DNA of 64,000 bases from Eledone cirrhosa (GCA_964016885.1 OZ024746.1:8308001-8372000); one strand, 5' to 3'; shown: positions 1 to 14,806, counted from the first letter of the stretch. The notes: generated by a model from the sequence alone, not told the origin. Numbers and translations are program-made.

Positions 1-21
1 CTCTCTCTCTCTCTCTCTCTC

Positions 22-58
<37 letters not shown>

Positions 59-142
59 AATGTGTATGTATATGCAAGTTTATACGTATACGTGCTCATC
101 TTTCTTTCTCTCTTTCCTTCTCTCATTAATCTATCTACTTAT

Positions 143-250
143 CAAATCCCGCTGAGGTTGACTTTGCCTTTCATCCTTACGGGGTCGATAAAATAAAGTA
201 CCAGTAATGCACTGGGTAATTGCTGGCCTTGTGCCTAAAGTAGAAACAAT
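143..250 (+). mobile_element. 5'-truncated tRNA-derived SINE (family 1, Meta-domain-like core)
   Basis: B-box remnant tcaaatcc, core gactttgcctttcatccttacggggtcgataaaataaagtacc, tail gtagaaacaatt; flanking attaatctatct duplication. Confidence 0.8.
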
Positions 251-440
251 TAATCTATCTGTTTGATTGTCCCCTTTTCTTGTGCGCCCTTGTGGAAAAT
301 AAAGAAGTCTATCTGTCTGTTTGCCTGTCTGTCTGCATACACGTCTGTTTGTCTGTTTGTCTGCTCACTTATATGTATGTATGTCTGTGCATCTATATGT
401 GTATTAGTATGTATGCATGCATGCGTGTATGTATGCATGC

Positions 441-473
<33 letters not shown>

Positions 474-601
474 TGTATGTATGTATGTATGTATGTATGT
501 ATGTATGTATGTATGTATGTACCCTATGTATGTATATACGTATATATGTATGTATGTATATATGTATTGTACGTATGTATGTCTGTATGTCTGTATGTAT
601 G

Positions 602-638
<37 letters not shown>

Positions 639-663
639 ATATGTATGTATGCATATATGTAGG

Positions 664-723
<60 letters not shown>

Positions 724-932
724 ATTGTATCTGTGATTATATGTATATGTAAGTACGTGCTTATTTTTGTGGCTATGTCCATTTGTGTGTATGTGTGTGT
801 GTGTATGTGTGTGTGTGTGTGTGTGTGCATACATGTGTATATACGTGATCGTATGGAAACACATTATGCATGTATGAGGAGATATTTACACACACACACA
901 CACACTCTAAATATGTGTGGGTGTTTGAATGA

Positions 933-989
<57 letters not shown>

Positions 990-1445
990 TGTGTGTGTGT
1001 GTGTGTCTTTGTGTTAGTCTGTCTTTGTGTTAGTGTGTGTGTATGTGTGTTAGTGAATGTTTCTGCGTGTGCTAATGTGTATAAGTGTATGTGTTAGTCT
1101 GTCTGTGTGTTAGTGTGTGTATGTATGTGTGTGTTAGTCTGTCTCTGTGTGTTAGTGTGTGTGTGTCGTGTATTTGTATGCTGTGTGTGGAGGCGTTCTG
1201 TACGTGAATGCGAGAGTTTGTGTGTTGTGTGAGAATATGTGTGTATTTATACAATTGTGTGTGCGATTGGGTATGCGATTGGGTATGCGATTGACTGTGT
1301 GTTTATGTGATTGTCTGTGAATGTGTATGTGTGTGTATATGTGATGTGTGTGTGTGTTTGTGTAAGCTTGTGTTTGTTCGATGGATTGAGAGAGAGATAG
1401 AGTCACATAGATAGATTGATTGATTGAGAGAGAGAGAGAGAAGGG

Positions 1446-1477
<32 letters not shown>

Positions 1478-1898
1478 TTTGTGTGTGTGTATGCGTGTTT
1501 TTCCATGCGAACACACATACATGTACAAACATAGATGCACACACACACATACACGCGTGCGTGCACACACACACATGCATAGATTTACACACACGCAAAT
1601 GTCTTTTAATTAGTAAGGATTACTCAACCTGGTTTTATTGTAATGTTCTGTTAGGACGTTTGTTTGATATTTCGATGTGAACATATCGGAATAGAAAGCC
1701 GTAATACTGCAATAGCATAAACCATTCCATTGAATTTGTGAATGAGTTCTTTGATAAATGGCCATACGTTATCATTTCCTGCTATAAAGTCTATCTCTGA
1801 ACAATGAACTGCTCTTCTCACATGAGTAAATACACAGAGAAAACAAACCGCCACTACTGGTTATCATTTCATCTTTGATGTAGTAATGAGAAATATTA

Positions 1899-1998
<100 letters not shown>

Positions 1999-2189
1999 TA
2001 TATATAAAGAAATATTTAAATAAAAATAATTATACAAAATATATTAAACATAAAAATACATTAAACATGAAAAACAATATAACAAATGCGGTCATACCTC
2101 TGATATGAAATCAACCAAAACCTCTTACAGAACTTTCCCTTACTATAATTTCTGTCTAACTATTTGAAAATACTACTAAGTGAGGATAG

Positions 2190-2490
2190 AATCTCACAAG
2201 TTGGCTGAAGTGGACATCAGTTCTTCCAGTATGACAATATGTTCGGGTTCGTATCCCGCTCTCTCAACTTTTATGTTGGTTTTCCAGATTTTACGGGCAA
2301 AACCAGCCAGCAGGAGACCCAAGGGTAGACCCCCCGCAAGATGGTTGGATAACATCCATGAGTATGGCTGGTCTCGCTTGGGGATCCAGCCAGATCAGTC
2401 GGAGACGGCTGCTTCTGACAGGACCGGCTAGGAGAAGTTTTTGAGGACTTTTCCACCACGACCCTTTCAGGAATAAGTGGGCGAAGAAAT
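2190..2490 (+). mobile_element. RTE-clade LINE 3' fragment
   Basis: Translation ...RRPKGRPPARWLDNI matches the C-terminal GRP..RW.D motif of RTE ORFs; related pieces at 4790-5180. Confidence 0.7.
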
Positions 2491-2534
2491 AGAAATAATA
2501 TATATATATACAGTATATATACAGTATATATACA

Positions 2535-2683
<149 letters not shown>

Positions 2684-2692
2684 TGTATATAA

Positions 2693-2923
2693 ATCAGGAT
2701 AGATTCAGTTTGAAACTGGTTAGACCATTACTCAACAGACTGGCTGGAACTAGCTGTTGAAACGACAAGAGCTCAGCCGTCGGGTCACGACCCCGACGGC
2801 TGAGCTCCAACCGTTTCGACAGCTAGGTCTAACTCTTTTCCTATTATCCACTCTACTACCCTAAGTATCGAATACCCAGGTGCGTTATGGTCCCCCTGGT
2901 TCCTTACCACACTTCCTTCGTTA
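2693..2923 (+). mobile_element. Family A element fragment with internal hairpin
   Basis: Inverted repeat 2751-2826 of the ribozyme stem III region plus the family tail ...ggttccttaccacacttccttcgtt, in (TA)n. Confidence 0.6.
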
Positions 2924-3428
2924 TATATATACGATAGTGTTAAGTCTAAACAATAAAGTACGCCACAACAACTACATAAAACACCTCAATTCTCTGCACC
3001 AAATTATTTAGATTCTACATCTTAAGTCTGGGAATTAATTTTTCCATAGACATAAATATATCTTCATATACTGAATTAATTAAATTATTTGCTATGTAAG
3101 TGCATTATGTAATTATGTAATTATGTTTTCTTAAAGAAAATTAGTTATATTAATATAAGTGTCACATCTCTTAAATTATTGATCTCTAAAATTATTGATC
3201 AAATATTTCGTCGGCAATGTATGAGATAACAAAGTTTTATTTTAAAATATTATTTATTGCATATCGAATTTCACTTATGTTTCACAGGTGATTGGCTCAA
3301 GGTCTTTATCGATGTAATAGACCTGACTTAAGTATCGATCTGCTCATCAGACGTGTGAACTCAAATCAAAACATTTTGAACACATGATGAAACAGCAATC
3401 CGTCTGTTGCCGACTGATCTTTCATTTC

Positions 3429-4048
3429 ACCACTTTAATTAGTTTACAGGACTTATTCTGAGTAAGTTCCACGTATCAGATGGGGATCTAGCGCAACATA
3501 TCACCACTTTAATTAGTTTACAGCACTTATTCTGAGTAAGTTCCACGTATCAGATTGGGATCTAGCGCAACATATCACCACTTTAATTAGTTTACAGCAC
3601 TTATTCTGAGTAAGTTCCACGTATCAGATTGGGATCTAGCGCAACATATCACCACTTTAATTAGTTTACAGCACTTATTCTGAGTAAGTTCCACGTATCA
3701 GATTGGGATCTAGCGCAACATATCACCACTTTAATTAGTTTACAGCACTTATTCTGAGTAAGTTCCACGTATCAGATTGGGATCTAGCGCAACATATCAC
3801 CACTTTAATTAGTTTACAGCACTTATTCTGAGTAAGTTCCACGTATCAAATTGGGATCTAGCGCAACATATCACCACTTTAATTAGTTTACAGCACTTAT
3901 TCTGAGTAAGTTCCACGTATCAGATTGGGATCTAGCGCAACATATCACCACTTTAATTAGTTTACAGGACTTATTCTGAGTAAGTTCCACGTATCAGATT
4001 GGGATCTAGCGCAACATATCACCACTTTAATTAGTTTACAGCACTTAT
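3429..4048. repeat. 74-bp minisatellite, 8.4 copies
   Basis: Unit accactttaattagtttacagcacttattctgagtaagttccacgtatcagattgggatctagcgcaacatatc starting at 3429, 3503 ... 4021. Confidence 0.95.
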
Positions 4049-4474
4049 GCAAGAGTATAAAAGGGGTAAGGGACAAATGACCATGTTTTAGGAAAATATT
4101 TGATCTATCGAATCAATCGACATAATCCCAGACCTCATACCCTTACCGAGTGAGATAGAACTCGTCAACAGAACAAGGGAACAATGCTTTCTATTGCTGA
4201 TACTATCTACGGGTTGCAAATCTGTTCTACCGCAGGCCACAGAAAATTAGTTTGCGGGCCGCATGTGACCCAGGAATCGTGTGTTTGAGACCCCTGATCA
4301 GGAAAAACCCATTCGTGACGTACTTGAAACGACCTCGGTGTTATCGAAAAAACAGAAAAAAATATAATTGGTTCTACACAATCCTTCGCCATTAAAGGCG
4401 TTGTCTGTCGGAAGGGGGCGCAACGTTTCCTCCGCTGTTCGTTGTTTTGAATATCTTTGTTATATATATATATA

Positions 4475-4578
4475 TAACAAAGGAAGTGTGGTAAGGAACC
4501 AGGTGGACCATAACGCACCAGCGTACTCGATACTTTGGGTAGTAGAGTGGGTAATAGGAAAAGAGTCAGGACCCCGAC
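4475..4578 (-). mobile_element. Family A 3' tail fragment
   Basis: aacaaaggaagtgtggtaaggaaccaggtggaccataacgcacc...gaccccgac next to (TA)n. Confidence 0.6.
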
Positions 4579-4789
4579 ATATATATAAGGACATAGGTAA
4601 ACATTGGTAGAATACCAAAGTAAGACTTGGAAAGGAATTACAAAACAAGTGGGAGAGTAGGTATTTAGAAACGACGACAATTGTTGGAAACAGGAAATTA
4701 ATGGAGAAAGAGTGGAATATCAATCAGGTAGTGTTGACTAATTTACTAAATAGATTTATTGCTTAGCAATCTAGAACTGTAATGTTACT

Positions 4790-5180
4790 CACTTGCTTAA
4801 GAGAAATAGTAGAATGTGTACGTAGAACCGCTACTTCTCCGAATTGAGAGATCTAATATAGATAGTAATGTGGTTAGAATGTCTCAGGAAGATGGTTGGA
4901 CAACATCCATGTGCTCGGCTGGTCATGCTTGGGGATCCAGTCGGATCAGTTGGAGACAGTTGGTTCTGACAGGATCCGCTAGAAGGAGGGTTTGAGGACT
5001 CAGTCCCACCATGACACTCTCAAGAAGAAGAAGAAGAAGAAGAAGAAGAAGAAGACGTCTCTTGCCGGTTGGTTTAGCCCATAAACTCTGTGAAACGATT
5101 CGTTCCTGAGACATTCTAACCAGATGTCCATAGTATCTGAGCTGTGATCTCTCAATTAGGAGAATTATCGGCTCTACCTG
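4790..5180. mobile_element. RTE-clade LINE fragments in both orientations around a (GAA)n run
   Basis: gatggttggacaacatccat...ctggtcatgcttggggatccag similar to 2340-2400; 5055-5180 is an inverted piece (cctgagacattctaacc). Confidence 0.6.
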
Positions 5181-5627
5181 AAGTGACTCTCAATACGTGT
5201 AATCATTTTGTTATTTTGATACAAAAATAAAAATAAAAATAAAATAGAAATAAAGAAAGGTAGAATGGAAATCAATTATCTGTAGGGACTGAAAACAAGG
5301 AGATCTTGTTAGCTTTTCTTGAAGAAATTTTCTTTTCGTTTTCGTTAAGTGGCAATAATTTTCTTTTCGTCCATTTCTGGGAAGAAGAACAATCCTAGAT
5401 TTAGTTGAGATTTTATCTTTACTTTAATTTCAAGATGTAAAACTGTTATGCTTATTTTTCCATTAGGCTGTTGTTAATGTTGTTGTTTAGCACAGGCAGC
5501 CCATATCATATATAATAAACATATTTAATCTCGTATATATTGTAAGCTAAGATCATATTATGACCTCATCGTCATCAGTGTAAGAAGAGTATATACATAT
5601 ATTTCACAGTTGGTACTGTTTAATAAT

Positions 5628-5811
5628 TGTTTCTACTTTTGACACAAGGCCAGCAATTATCCCAGTGTATTACTGGTACTTTATTTTATCGACCCCGTAA
5701 GGATGAAAGGCAAAGTTAACCTCAGCGGGATTTGAACTCAGACCATAAAGGGCCGTAACTCTTTGCTGCAAAGCATGGCGTCCGACCCTCTACCGATACT
5801 GCCAATCCACC
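5628..5811 (-). mobile_element. Full-length SINE family 1
   Basis: A box tggcagtatcgg, B box gagttcaaatcc on minus strand; 15-bp TSD gtactgtttaataat (5613-5627/5812-5826). Confidence 0.9.
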
Positions 5812-5871
5812 GTACTGTTTAATAATGCCCACGTCTTTGTTATCTTCAATTTGGTTGTTTAGAGTTGTAGC

Positions 5872-6392
5872 TTGGAGTATAGTGAAATCCTCTACAGGTA
5901 ACTGAGCTCCAGCAACTGATGTTAGACGGTTGGAGTATAGTGAAATCCTCTACAGGTAACTGAGCTCCAGCAACTGATGTTAGACGGTTGGAGTATAGTG
6001 AAGTCCTCTACAGGTAACTGAGCTCCAGCAACTGATGTTAGACGGTTGGAGTATAGTGAAATCCTCTACAGGTAACTGAGCTCTAGCAACTGATGTTAGA
6101 CGGTTGGAGTATAGTGAAGTCCTCTACAGGTAACTGAGCTCCAGCAACTGATGTTAGATGGTTGGAGTATAGTGAAGTCCTCTACAGGTAACTGAGCTCC
6201 AGCAACTGATGTTAGACGGTTGAAGTATAGTGAAATGCTCTACAGGTAACTGAGCTCTAGCAACTGATGTTAGACGGTTGGAGTATAGTGAAGTCCTCTA
6301 CAGGTAACTGAGCTCTAGCAACTGATGTTAGACGGTTGGAGTATAGTGAAATGCTCTACAGGTAACTGAGCTCTAGCAACTGATGTTAGACA
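5872..6392. repeat. 58-bp minisatellite, about 9 copies
   Basis: Unit ttggagtatagtgaaatcctctacaggtaactgagctccagcaactgatgttagacgg. Confidence 0.95.
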
Positions 6393-6780
6393 GAGTAGTT
6401 TATCAGATCAACTCTTCGCGATGAAAGCGAGGTCAGTGGTATTTTATTTTTATTTTTTGGAGGGAGGGATGTGACACACGAGGTAATTTTGATCATAAGA
6501 TACTTTGAAACAGGTATTGCAAACTAACATCGATTTTATAGTAATCCACCTCCCCGGGATGATTGTGTAGCTAATAAACCAATAATTAAATTTAATCACC
6601 TCATTTCCAAGTTCAATTCTTGTCAAGATTGATTTTAAATTTATATTTATTCAGGGTTTAATCAATAGGTTACTATACTTTTTGAATAAAAAAAATCAAC
6701 TTTATTCATTGGGAAGAAATCAATGTCTATAGGGATGGGGGTAAGTGGGGGTTATAGTCTCAGATTGTATGGTTTATAAT

Positions 6781-6951
6781 TACCGTATTTCCCGGCGCCG
6801 AAGACGCTTCGTTCTCGAGGACGCACCCTAATTTTGACAACCAAAATTTTGAAAAAAAAAATAAACAACCTTCGGCCTCCAGGACACGTGGTAGATTTTA
6901 AAGATTTATTTTAGGAAAAAAGTAGCGTCTTCGACGCAGGGAAATACGGTA
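6781..6951. mobile_element. Tc1/mariner-superfamily (pogo/Tc2-like) MITE
   Basis: TIRs taccgtatttcccggcgccgaagacgct / agcgtcttcgacgcagggaaatacggta with TA ends. Confidence 0.8.
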
Positions 6952-7030
6952 GTTTCAGTTTTCCGAACTCATGTCCTGCATGCAGCTAGTTGACGTTTGT
7001 CTTTCAAATTTTCGGGTTCGAGAAAGCAGG

Positions 7031-7077
<47 letters not shown>

Positions 7078-7744
7078 GTTGTTGTCGTTTAGCCCCTGAT
7101 TAAGCCTGATCACACAGACCTATGATCAAATGTGGTTCAGAACCAACCCGTTTCAGAGTATCTAGGACTACATTATCTTATGAACCATTTTCCCCTTTTC
7201 CTTAAGACTGTGGTTTGAGGTAGATTTAACTAATATTTCTTGCAGGCCAAACGACCGCATTGCTGTTATACCCAGCGACCTACATTAAAGTTTATTGTAT
7301 CCCATTATCCACATGTGGCATTATGCCCAGTCAAACCTTCATATACCCCCCCCCCGTCACACCGGTAAATCTGTACCTGTTTAGAGCTAGATAGAGTGGA
7401 TCATTAAAAATCCTGTCTTTGCCAGGAACTTTATCCAAATAACTACATCAGAGGTTGTTTTCATCTCTTTAAAACACACAAAATATTGATTTGCTTTCTT
7501 TCATTAGCCTGAAATTGGCTTAGTTCTACAATTACTTGAAAATTGATAATCTTTTAATATTCTTGAGAGAGAATTAATTTTCCATTAATTGACAATTTGA
7601 CTTTAATATGAGTGATTGCTGAGATTATTACCAAATTTCAGTGGAAACGTACATACAGTACTTCGCCGAATTCCCGAAACTTTTGGCTCCAGACCCGTAC
7701 CGGATTAACCTTTGTTTACCAAACTAATATAGGTTAAATAATAA

Positions 7745-7923
7745 TAATAGTTTCTGATTTAGGCACAAAGCCAACGATTTTAGGGGAGGGGAAAGTCGAT
7801 TAAATCGACCCCAGTTTATTACTGGTAAGGATGAAAGGCAAAGCTAACCTCAGCAGGATGTGAACTCAGAACGTAAAGTGCCGTAACTATATGCTGCAAA
7901 GCATGTTGTCCAATGCTCTACCA
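7745..7923 (-). mobile_element. SINE family 1, longer-tail subfamily
   Basis: aggcacaa...ggggaaagtcgattaaatcgacccc...ggatgaaaggcaaag...gaactcag. Confidence 0.75.
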
Positions 7924-8180
7924 TAAATATGTTGCAGCCTTATGAATAGCCTTTCTCTACCAAACCCTTACAACACACCTTTGTTTGTTAGAAACATATT
8001 ATGAAGGCAGAAACACCTTCCCTACCAATCAACTATAATAATATGAAGCCACACACTGCCCCCTTCGTGCTTTCCAGACTATTTTTCATTACGCATCTTA
8101 CATCTTATGCATAGAAATTCCATGACACTTCTACACTCATAACATTCTGTAATGAATTTGGAGAAAATATCTAAAAACGA

Positions 8181-8330
8181 GTGAAGGCGCATGGCTTAGT
8201 GTTTAGAGCATTGGGCTTGCAATCGAAAGGTTGTGAGTTCAATTCTCGGACCGGGTGATGTGTTGTTTCCTTGAGCAAGACACTTTATTTCACATTGCTC
8301 CAGTTTACTCAGCTGTAGAAATGAGATGAT
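8181..8330 (+). mobile_element. tRNA-derived SINE family 2 (CORE/V-like gtgtccttgagcaagacactt motif)
   Basis: A box tggcttagtg, B box gagttcaattc, then ccttgagcaagacactttatttcacattgctccagt. Confidence 0.75.
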
Positions 8331-9528
8331 AGGACTGGGGTCCCTATCATTAAATCACCCAAGACACCTTCAACGAGATACACCTTGGAGGAGGCCAGCT
8401 AAACCTGTTTGTTAATTCAGCTGTTTATAATATCGTTACTAAACCCCTCTAAAGTCTCGATTTTTTCAAAATTATTTGAAAACAATAGGCAGAGTCTTTC
8501 ATTAAAAATATGGTAATGAACAGGTGAACAATTTCACTTGGCTGTGCATTGCCATTGATTTCATAAATAATCATCGTAAGAGTTCTATGAAATCTTAGAA
8601 GGAACCAACTAAGAAAGCAACATCTCTTTAAACAGAAAGTTTGTTAAAAGGTAGGGGAATGTAGCGAGAACGGCTCAGGTGAATGGATCTTCTCTGACCA
8701 TGCGCCTGTAGGCTGACTACTTTAGAGAGGTGTGGTCTCCTAGGATGCTCTTAGAGTGTCACGTGCTTTAGGATTGATGGGGTTCCTAAGTCGCAATAAT
8801 GTTACAACAAATTATATTCTCCATACTGGAGAATATAATTTGTTGTAATTTTATTGTTATTTTATTATTGTTGCAGTACCGCCCCCCCCCCCACTGTCCC
8901 TGTCTTTGTAGTGTCCCCTAATTGTAGGCCCTAATGGTCAATAAAGAAATTATTATTATTATTTATTTTTTTAAAAAGTGTCATTAACAGGTATTAAAAG
9001 AAATAGTGTCAAACCATTGCTATAGTTTATAGTTTGCTTGAATGGAATTTAATAATGTCTTTTCTCTCCTTCATTTACGTAAGAATGCTTCGCTGGAGAT
9101 AAATATATAATTTCATTGTTAGATCTTATGTATATCATCTTACATGAAATAGTCAGGGGGAGTCGGGCAGTCTCCATTTTGGCGAGTATTGGTAACATGG
9201 TTAGAGAGAGAGGGAGAGAGAGAGAGGGGGGAGAGAGAGAGAGAGGGAGAGAGAGGAAGAGAGGGGGTGGAGAGAGAGGGTGTGTGGGAGAGCGAGAGGG
9301 GGAGAGAGGGGGAGTGAGAGTGAGAGAGTGAGAGAGAGGGGGAGTGGTGGTGGTGGCGGTGACGACGATGATGATCATGAGCGGTGTGTCTGTTTGAAGG
9401 ATGAAAGGGAAATAATAGAGAGCAAGGTAGAAATAGGGATAGAGAGCAAGAAGAAGAAAGAGAGAGAGAGAGAAAGAGAGAGAGACAGAGAAAGAGAGAG
9501 AGGGAGAGAGAGAAATAGAAAGAGAGAA

Positions 9529-9609
<81 letters not shown>

Positions 9610-9714
9610 GAGAGAGAGAGAGAAATGAGGGGGGATAGATGTGAAGAGGAGAAAAATATCTCGAAAGGGGAAAAGAAAAGAAAGCGATAACATGAAGACG
9701 ATTAGAGGAAGGTA

Positions 9715-10700
<986 letters not shown>

Positions 10701-10769
10701 ACTGTCCACAAACACACAAACACACTCTCTCTTTCTTTTTCTCTTTTTCACACACACTCTCTCTCTCTC

Positions 10770-11672
10770 CCACACAAACAGAAACACATACTTACACACA
10801 GAGAAAGACATACACACACAGAGAAAGACTTACACACACAGAGAAACACATACTTACACACAGAGAAAGAGATACACACACAGAGAAAGACTTACACACA
10901 CAGAGAAACACATACTTACACACAGAGAAAGACATACACACACAGAGAAAGACTTACACACACAGAGAAACACATACTTACACACAGAGAAAGACATACA
11001 CACACAGAGAAAGACTTAAACACACAGAGAAACACATACTTACACACAGAGAAAGAGATACACACAAAGAGAAAGACATACACACACACAGAGAAAGACA
11101 TACACACATACAGAGAAAGACATACACACACACAGAGAAACACATACTTACACACAGAGAAAGACATACACACAGAGAAAGACATACACACAGAGAAAGA
11201 CATACACACAGAGAAAGACATACACACACAGAGAAAGACTTACAAACACAGAGAAAGACATACACACACAGAGAAAGACATACACACACAGAGAAAGACA
11301 TACACACACACAGAGAAAGAGATACAGACACAGAGAAAGACATACACACACACAGAGAAACACATACTTACACACAGAGAAAGACATACACACACAGAGA
11401 AAGACATACACACAGAGAGAAATACATACACACAGAGAGAAAGACATACACACACACAGAGAAAGACATACACACAGAGAAAGACATACACACAGAGAAA
11501 GACATACACACAGAGAGAAAGACATACACACAGAGAGAAATACATACACACACAGAGAAACACATACTTACACACAGAGAAAGACATACACACACAGAGA
11601 AAGACATACACACAGAGAGAAATACATACACACAGAGAGAAAGACATACACACACACAGAGAAAGACATACA
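10770..11672. repeat. Compound 18-24 bp minisatellite (cacacagagaaagacata variants)
   Basis: Direct reading. Confidence 0.9.
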
Positions 11673-12113
11673 TATATATATAAAGGAGTATGTGGGTGTA
11701 TAATTGGCCTAATGCCAAAATCTAAAATTACCGAAGAAAAGCTCCTGTTAGGTTTTATATTTCAGCAGATCATATATCAGGCGTTAGAACTAGATTTATC
11801 TTTCAGATACCGATACCAATGCTACCATCTTATAAATTTCACATTTTACATCTTAGACATCATATTCTGTAGACCCAGTTGCTTAAACCTCAATGTTGAG
11901 TACGGTATTCTGTCTTGTATATTGGTGTACACATCTATTACACCACTACAGCACTACACACATAGACACAGTCACGCACATACGCAAACACACAACGTAC
12001 ACACAAACACGTAAAAGGTTCTTAAATCTGTTCGTAGAGTTGTAGGGGCAGTGCTCTGGTTCACACCGTGTCTAGGGCATTTTACACCTGGCAGAGCCCA
12101 TTCCTCTGGGAAA

Positions 12114-12163
<50 letters not shown>

Positions 12164-12297
12164 AAGAGAAAGAGAGAGAGAGAGAGAGATAAAGACTGAA
12201 CTAGTATTTTATATTTTGACCCCATAAAGATGAAACGCAAAGTTTAACTCAGAGCGCAACGAGCCGGAACAAATGCCCAGGTATATTTAATCCGATG

Positions 12298-12410
12298 CCC
12301 TAACGACTCTTCCCCTCCACCGCGGCCATAACGACTCTGCTCCTTCCCCGCGGCCCTAACGACTCTGCCCCATCCCCGCGGCCCTAACGATTCTGCCCCT
12401 CCCCCTCCGC
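12298..12410. repeat. About 29-bp GC-rich tandem repeat, about 4 copies
   Basis: ccctaacgactctgcccc(a/t)tccccgcgg; resembles the reverse complement of a SINE 5' end. Confidence 0.75.
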
Positions 12411-12503
12411 CGCGCCTCATTCACATTACACATAAACAAAGAGATAGATAGAAACCTAGATTGATCGGTAGCGTTATATTTCTACCTAGCAATATAAGAA
12501 ACC

Positions 12504-12668
12504 AGGGTCGGACGCCATGCTTTGACGCACAGAGTTACGGCCCTTGCCATTCTGAGTTCAAATCCTGCCGAGGTTAAATTTGCATTTCATTCTTACGGGG
12601 TCGTCGATAGAATAAAGTACCAGTAATGCACTGGGTAATTGCTGGCCTTGTGCCAAATGTAGAAACAA
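12504..12668 (+). mobile_element. SINE family 1
   Basis: B box, core and tail; 18-bp TSD ttatattt(c/g)tacctagca. Confidence 0.85.
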
Positions 12669-13218
12669 TTATATTTGTACCTAGCAGTGTTCCATCTACT
12701 GGCGGATAAATCTTCAGTAATTATACTTGTTTTAGGTCTACACGTCCTCCACACCGACTAAGCAAGGGTCGGTGCTGCTTCCGTAGCGGTGGGGGTAAGC
12801 CCTGGCCATTGTCACCGAGGTGGAATTTGAACTCAGAACACGAAGAACCTGAACATATATCGCCAGGCATCTTGTCCGACTCACTAACAGTTCTGTCAAT
12901 TCACCAGCTTGGATTCATACTTTATCGATACCGAAAGGATGAAAGGTAAAGTTGACCTAGCCGGAACTTGAACTCAGAACTACAAAACCCAACAGGAATA
13001 CCACACAGTATTTTATACGACGCCCTAACAGCTCTGCCAATTCGCTCACCTTTCATAAACATTTTTTTCGCGTGTCAGGCTCGCAGCTGAAAAGTCAATT
13101 AGTTCATATCGTCTCCATTAATGCTGTGTAGATCGATATTCAAGACACTAAATTATTGATAGCCTAACTGCCAGGAAACAACTTTTGAGGACAACGGAAT
13201 AACAAACTATGCGCGTTT

Positions 13219-13266
<48 letters not shown>

Positions 13267-13271
13267 TATAT

Positions 13272-13387
13272 AACGAAGGAAATGTGGTAAGGAACCAGGT
13301 GGACCATAACGCACCAAAGTACTCAATACTTAGGGTAGTAGAGTGGGTAATAGGAACGAGTAGAACCCCGACGGCTGAGCTCAAGCT
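13272..13387 (-). mobile_element. Family A 3' tail fragment
   Basis: aacgaaggaaatgtggtaaggaacc...accccgacggctgagctcaagc between (TA)n tracts. Confidence 0.65.
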
Positions 13388-13454
13388 CATATATATATAT
13401 ATTTATATACATACATATATATAATGTAATCTGAGTTTTTCGAATATTAATAAT

Positions 13455-13763
13455 TGTTTCTACTTTTAGGCACAAGGCCAGCAATTATCCAGTGTATTAC
13501 TGGTACTTTATTTTATCGACCCCGTAAGGATGAAAGGCAAAGTTAACCTCGGCGGGATTTGAACTTAGACCATAAAGGGCCGTAACTCTTTGCTGCAAAG
13601 CATGGCGTCAGACCCTCTATCGATACTGCCAATCCACCACCATTTTCGAATATTAATAATTGTTTCTACGTTAGGCACAAGGTCAGCGTATTACTGGTAC
13701 TTTATTTTATCGACCCCGTAAGGATGAAAGACAACGTTAACCTCGACGGGATTTGAACTCAGA
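13455..13763 (-). mobile_element. Two tandem SINE family 1 copies
   Basis: Full copy 13455-13640 and truncated copy 13660-13763, separated and flanked by (ttttc)gaatattaataat. Confidence 0.85.
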
Positions 13764-14468
13764 TTAGAATATTAATAATAATATTTGATTCGTTTGCAAT
13801 TATGCAAACAGCCTCTTTTATAAGCCATGTCAGTAGAATGAGCCCCATTCTCGATCTTGTGTTGGCATGTAAATATATATATTGAAACATGCATTAATTT
13901 CAACTGTTCTTATTAATTAAATCAACCCCAGCACTTGTTTGGAACTTTTTCATTATTGACCTAGGAATGATGAACGACAAAGTTGACCTCGACGGGATTT
14001 GATCTCAGAATAAAAAAGAAACAGATCGATACCACGAAGACATTTTATTCGGCGTTCTATTAATTCTGCCAGTAAGCTACTGTGACGTTGTGTATTTGAT
14101 CTTGTCTTAATTTTTTGCGTTTGAGTTGTTGACCTATGATCGAAGACATTTCAGGCTTTTTTGGGGTCAGAGATACTGCCCGTTATTTCTTAACAGTACC
14201 ACAGATCCCCATAATGATGCTTTCTAGGAGATACCTATACCTAGTTTAATAAAGTCAATGACATTACTGAAGTGGTTGTTTATTATTTCAGTTGTACCAA
14301 TTATAAATTAGATGATAGAGACATTCTTTTGCTGCCATAATGTCTTTAATTAGCTAAGTTGGTGCAATATCCTAACATATTTAGCTCATATCTGTAGAAC
14401 AGTAATTTCTTATAGCTATGTCGATTGCTGACATGTGGTGCTATATCGAACGGCTGGTATCTTGTGTA

Positions 14469-14503
<35 letters not shown>

Positions 14504-14603
14504 GCTGTAATTAAGTCTATTGTAAAGATCTCTCAATCACATTTATTTAGTGAGGAGGGGTAGGAGGTAGTTTCACTCTGTCTTATGGCTATGGTGAGAT
14601 ACA

Positions 14604-14806
14604 GAAGTGGGAGGTGATGGTGTAGAGAGAGGTGTTGCACTCCTGAAGTGGGAGGTGATGGTGTAGAGAGAGGTGTTGCACTCCTGAAGTGGGAGGTGAT
14701 GGTGTAGAGAGAGGTGTTGCACTCCTGAAGTGGGAGGTGATGGTGTAGAGAGAGGTGTTGCACTCCAGAAGTGGGAGGTGATGGTGTAGAGAGAGGTGTT
14801 GCACTC
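14604..14806. repeat. 41-bp minisatellite, 5 copies
   Basis: Unit gaagtgggaggtgatggtgtagagagaggtgttgcactcct. Confidence 0.95.

Noticed and set aside
8802-8848. Short palindrome ttacaacaaattatattctcca/tggagaatataatttgttgtaa as a miRNA hairpin
   Set aside because: Perfect AT-rich arms inside a LINE-like 3' fragment; a local fold-back is the simpler explanation.
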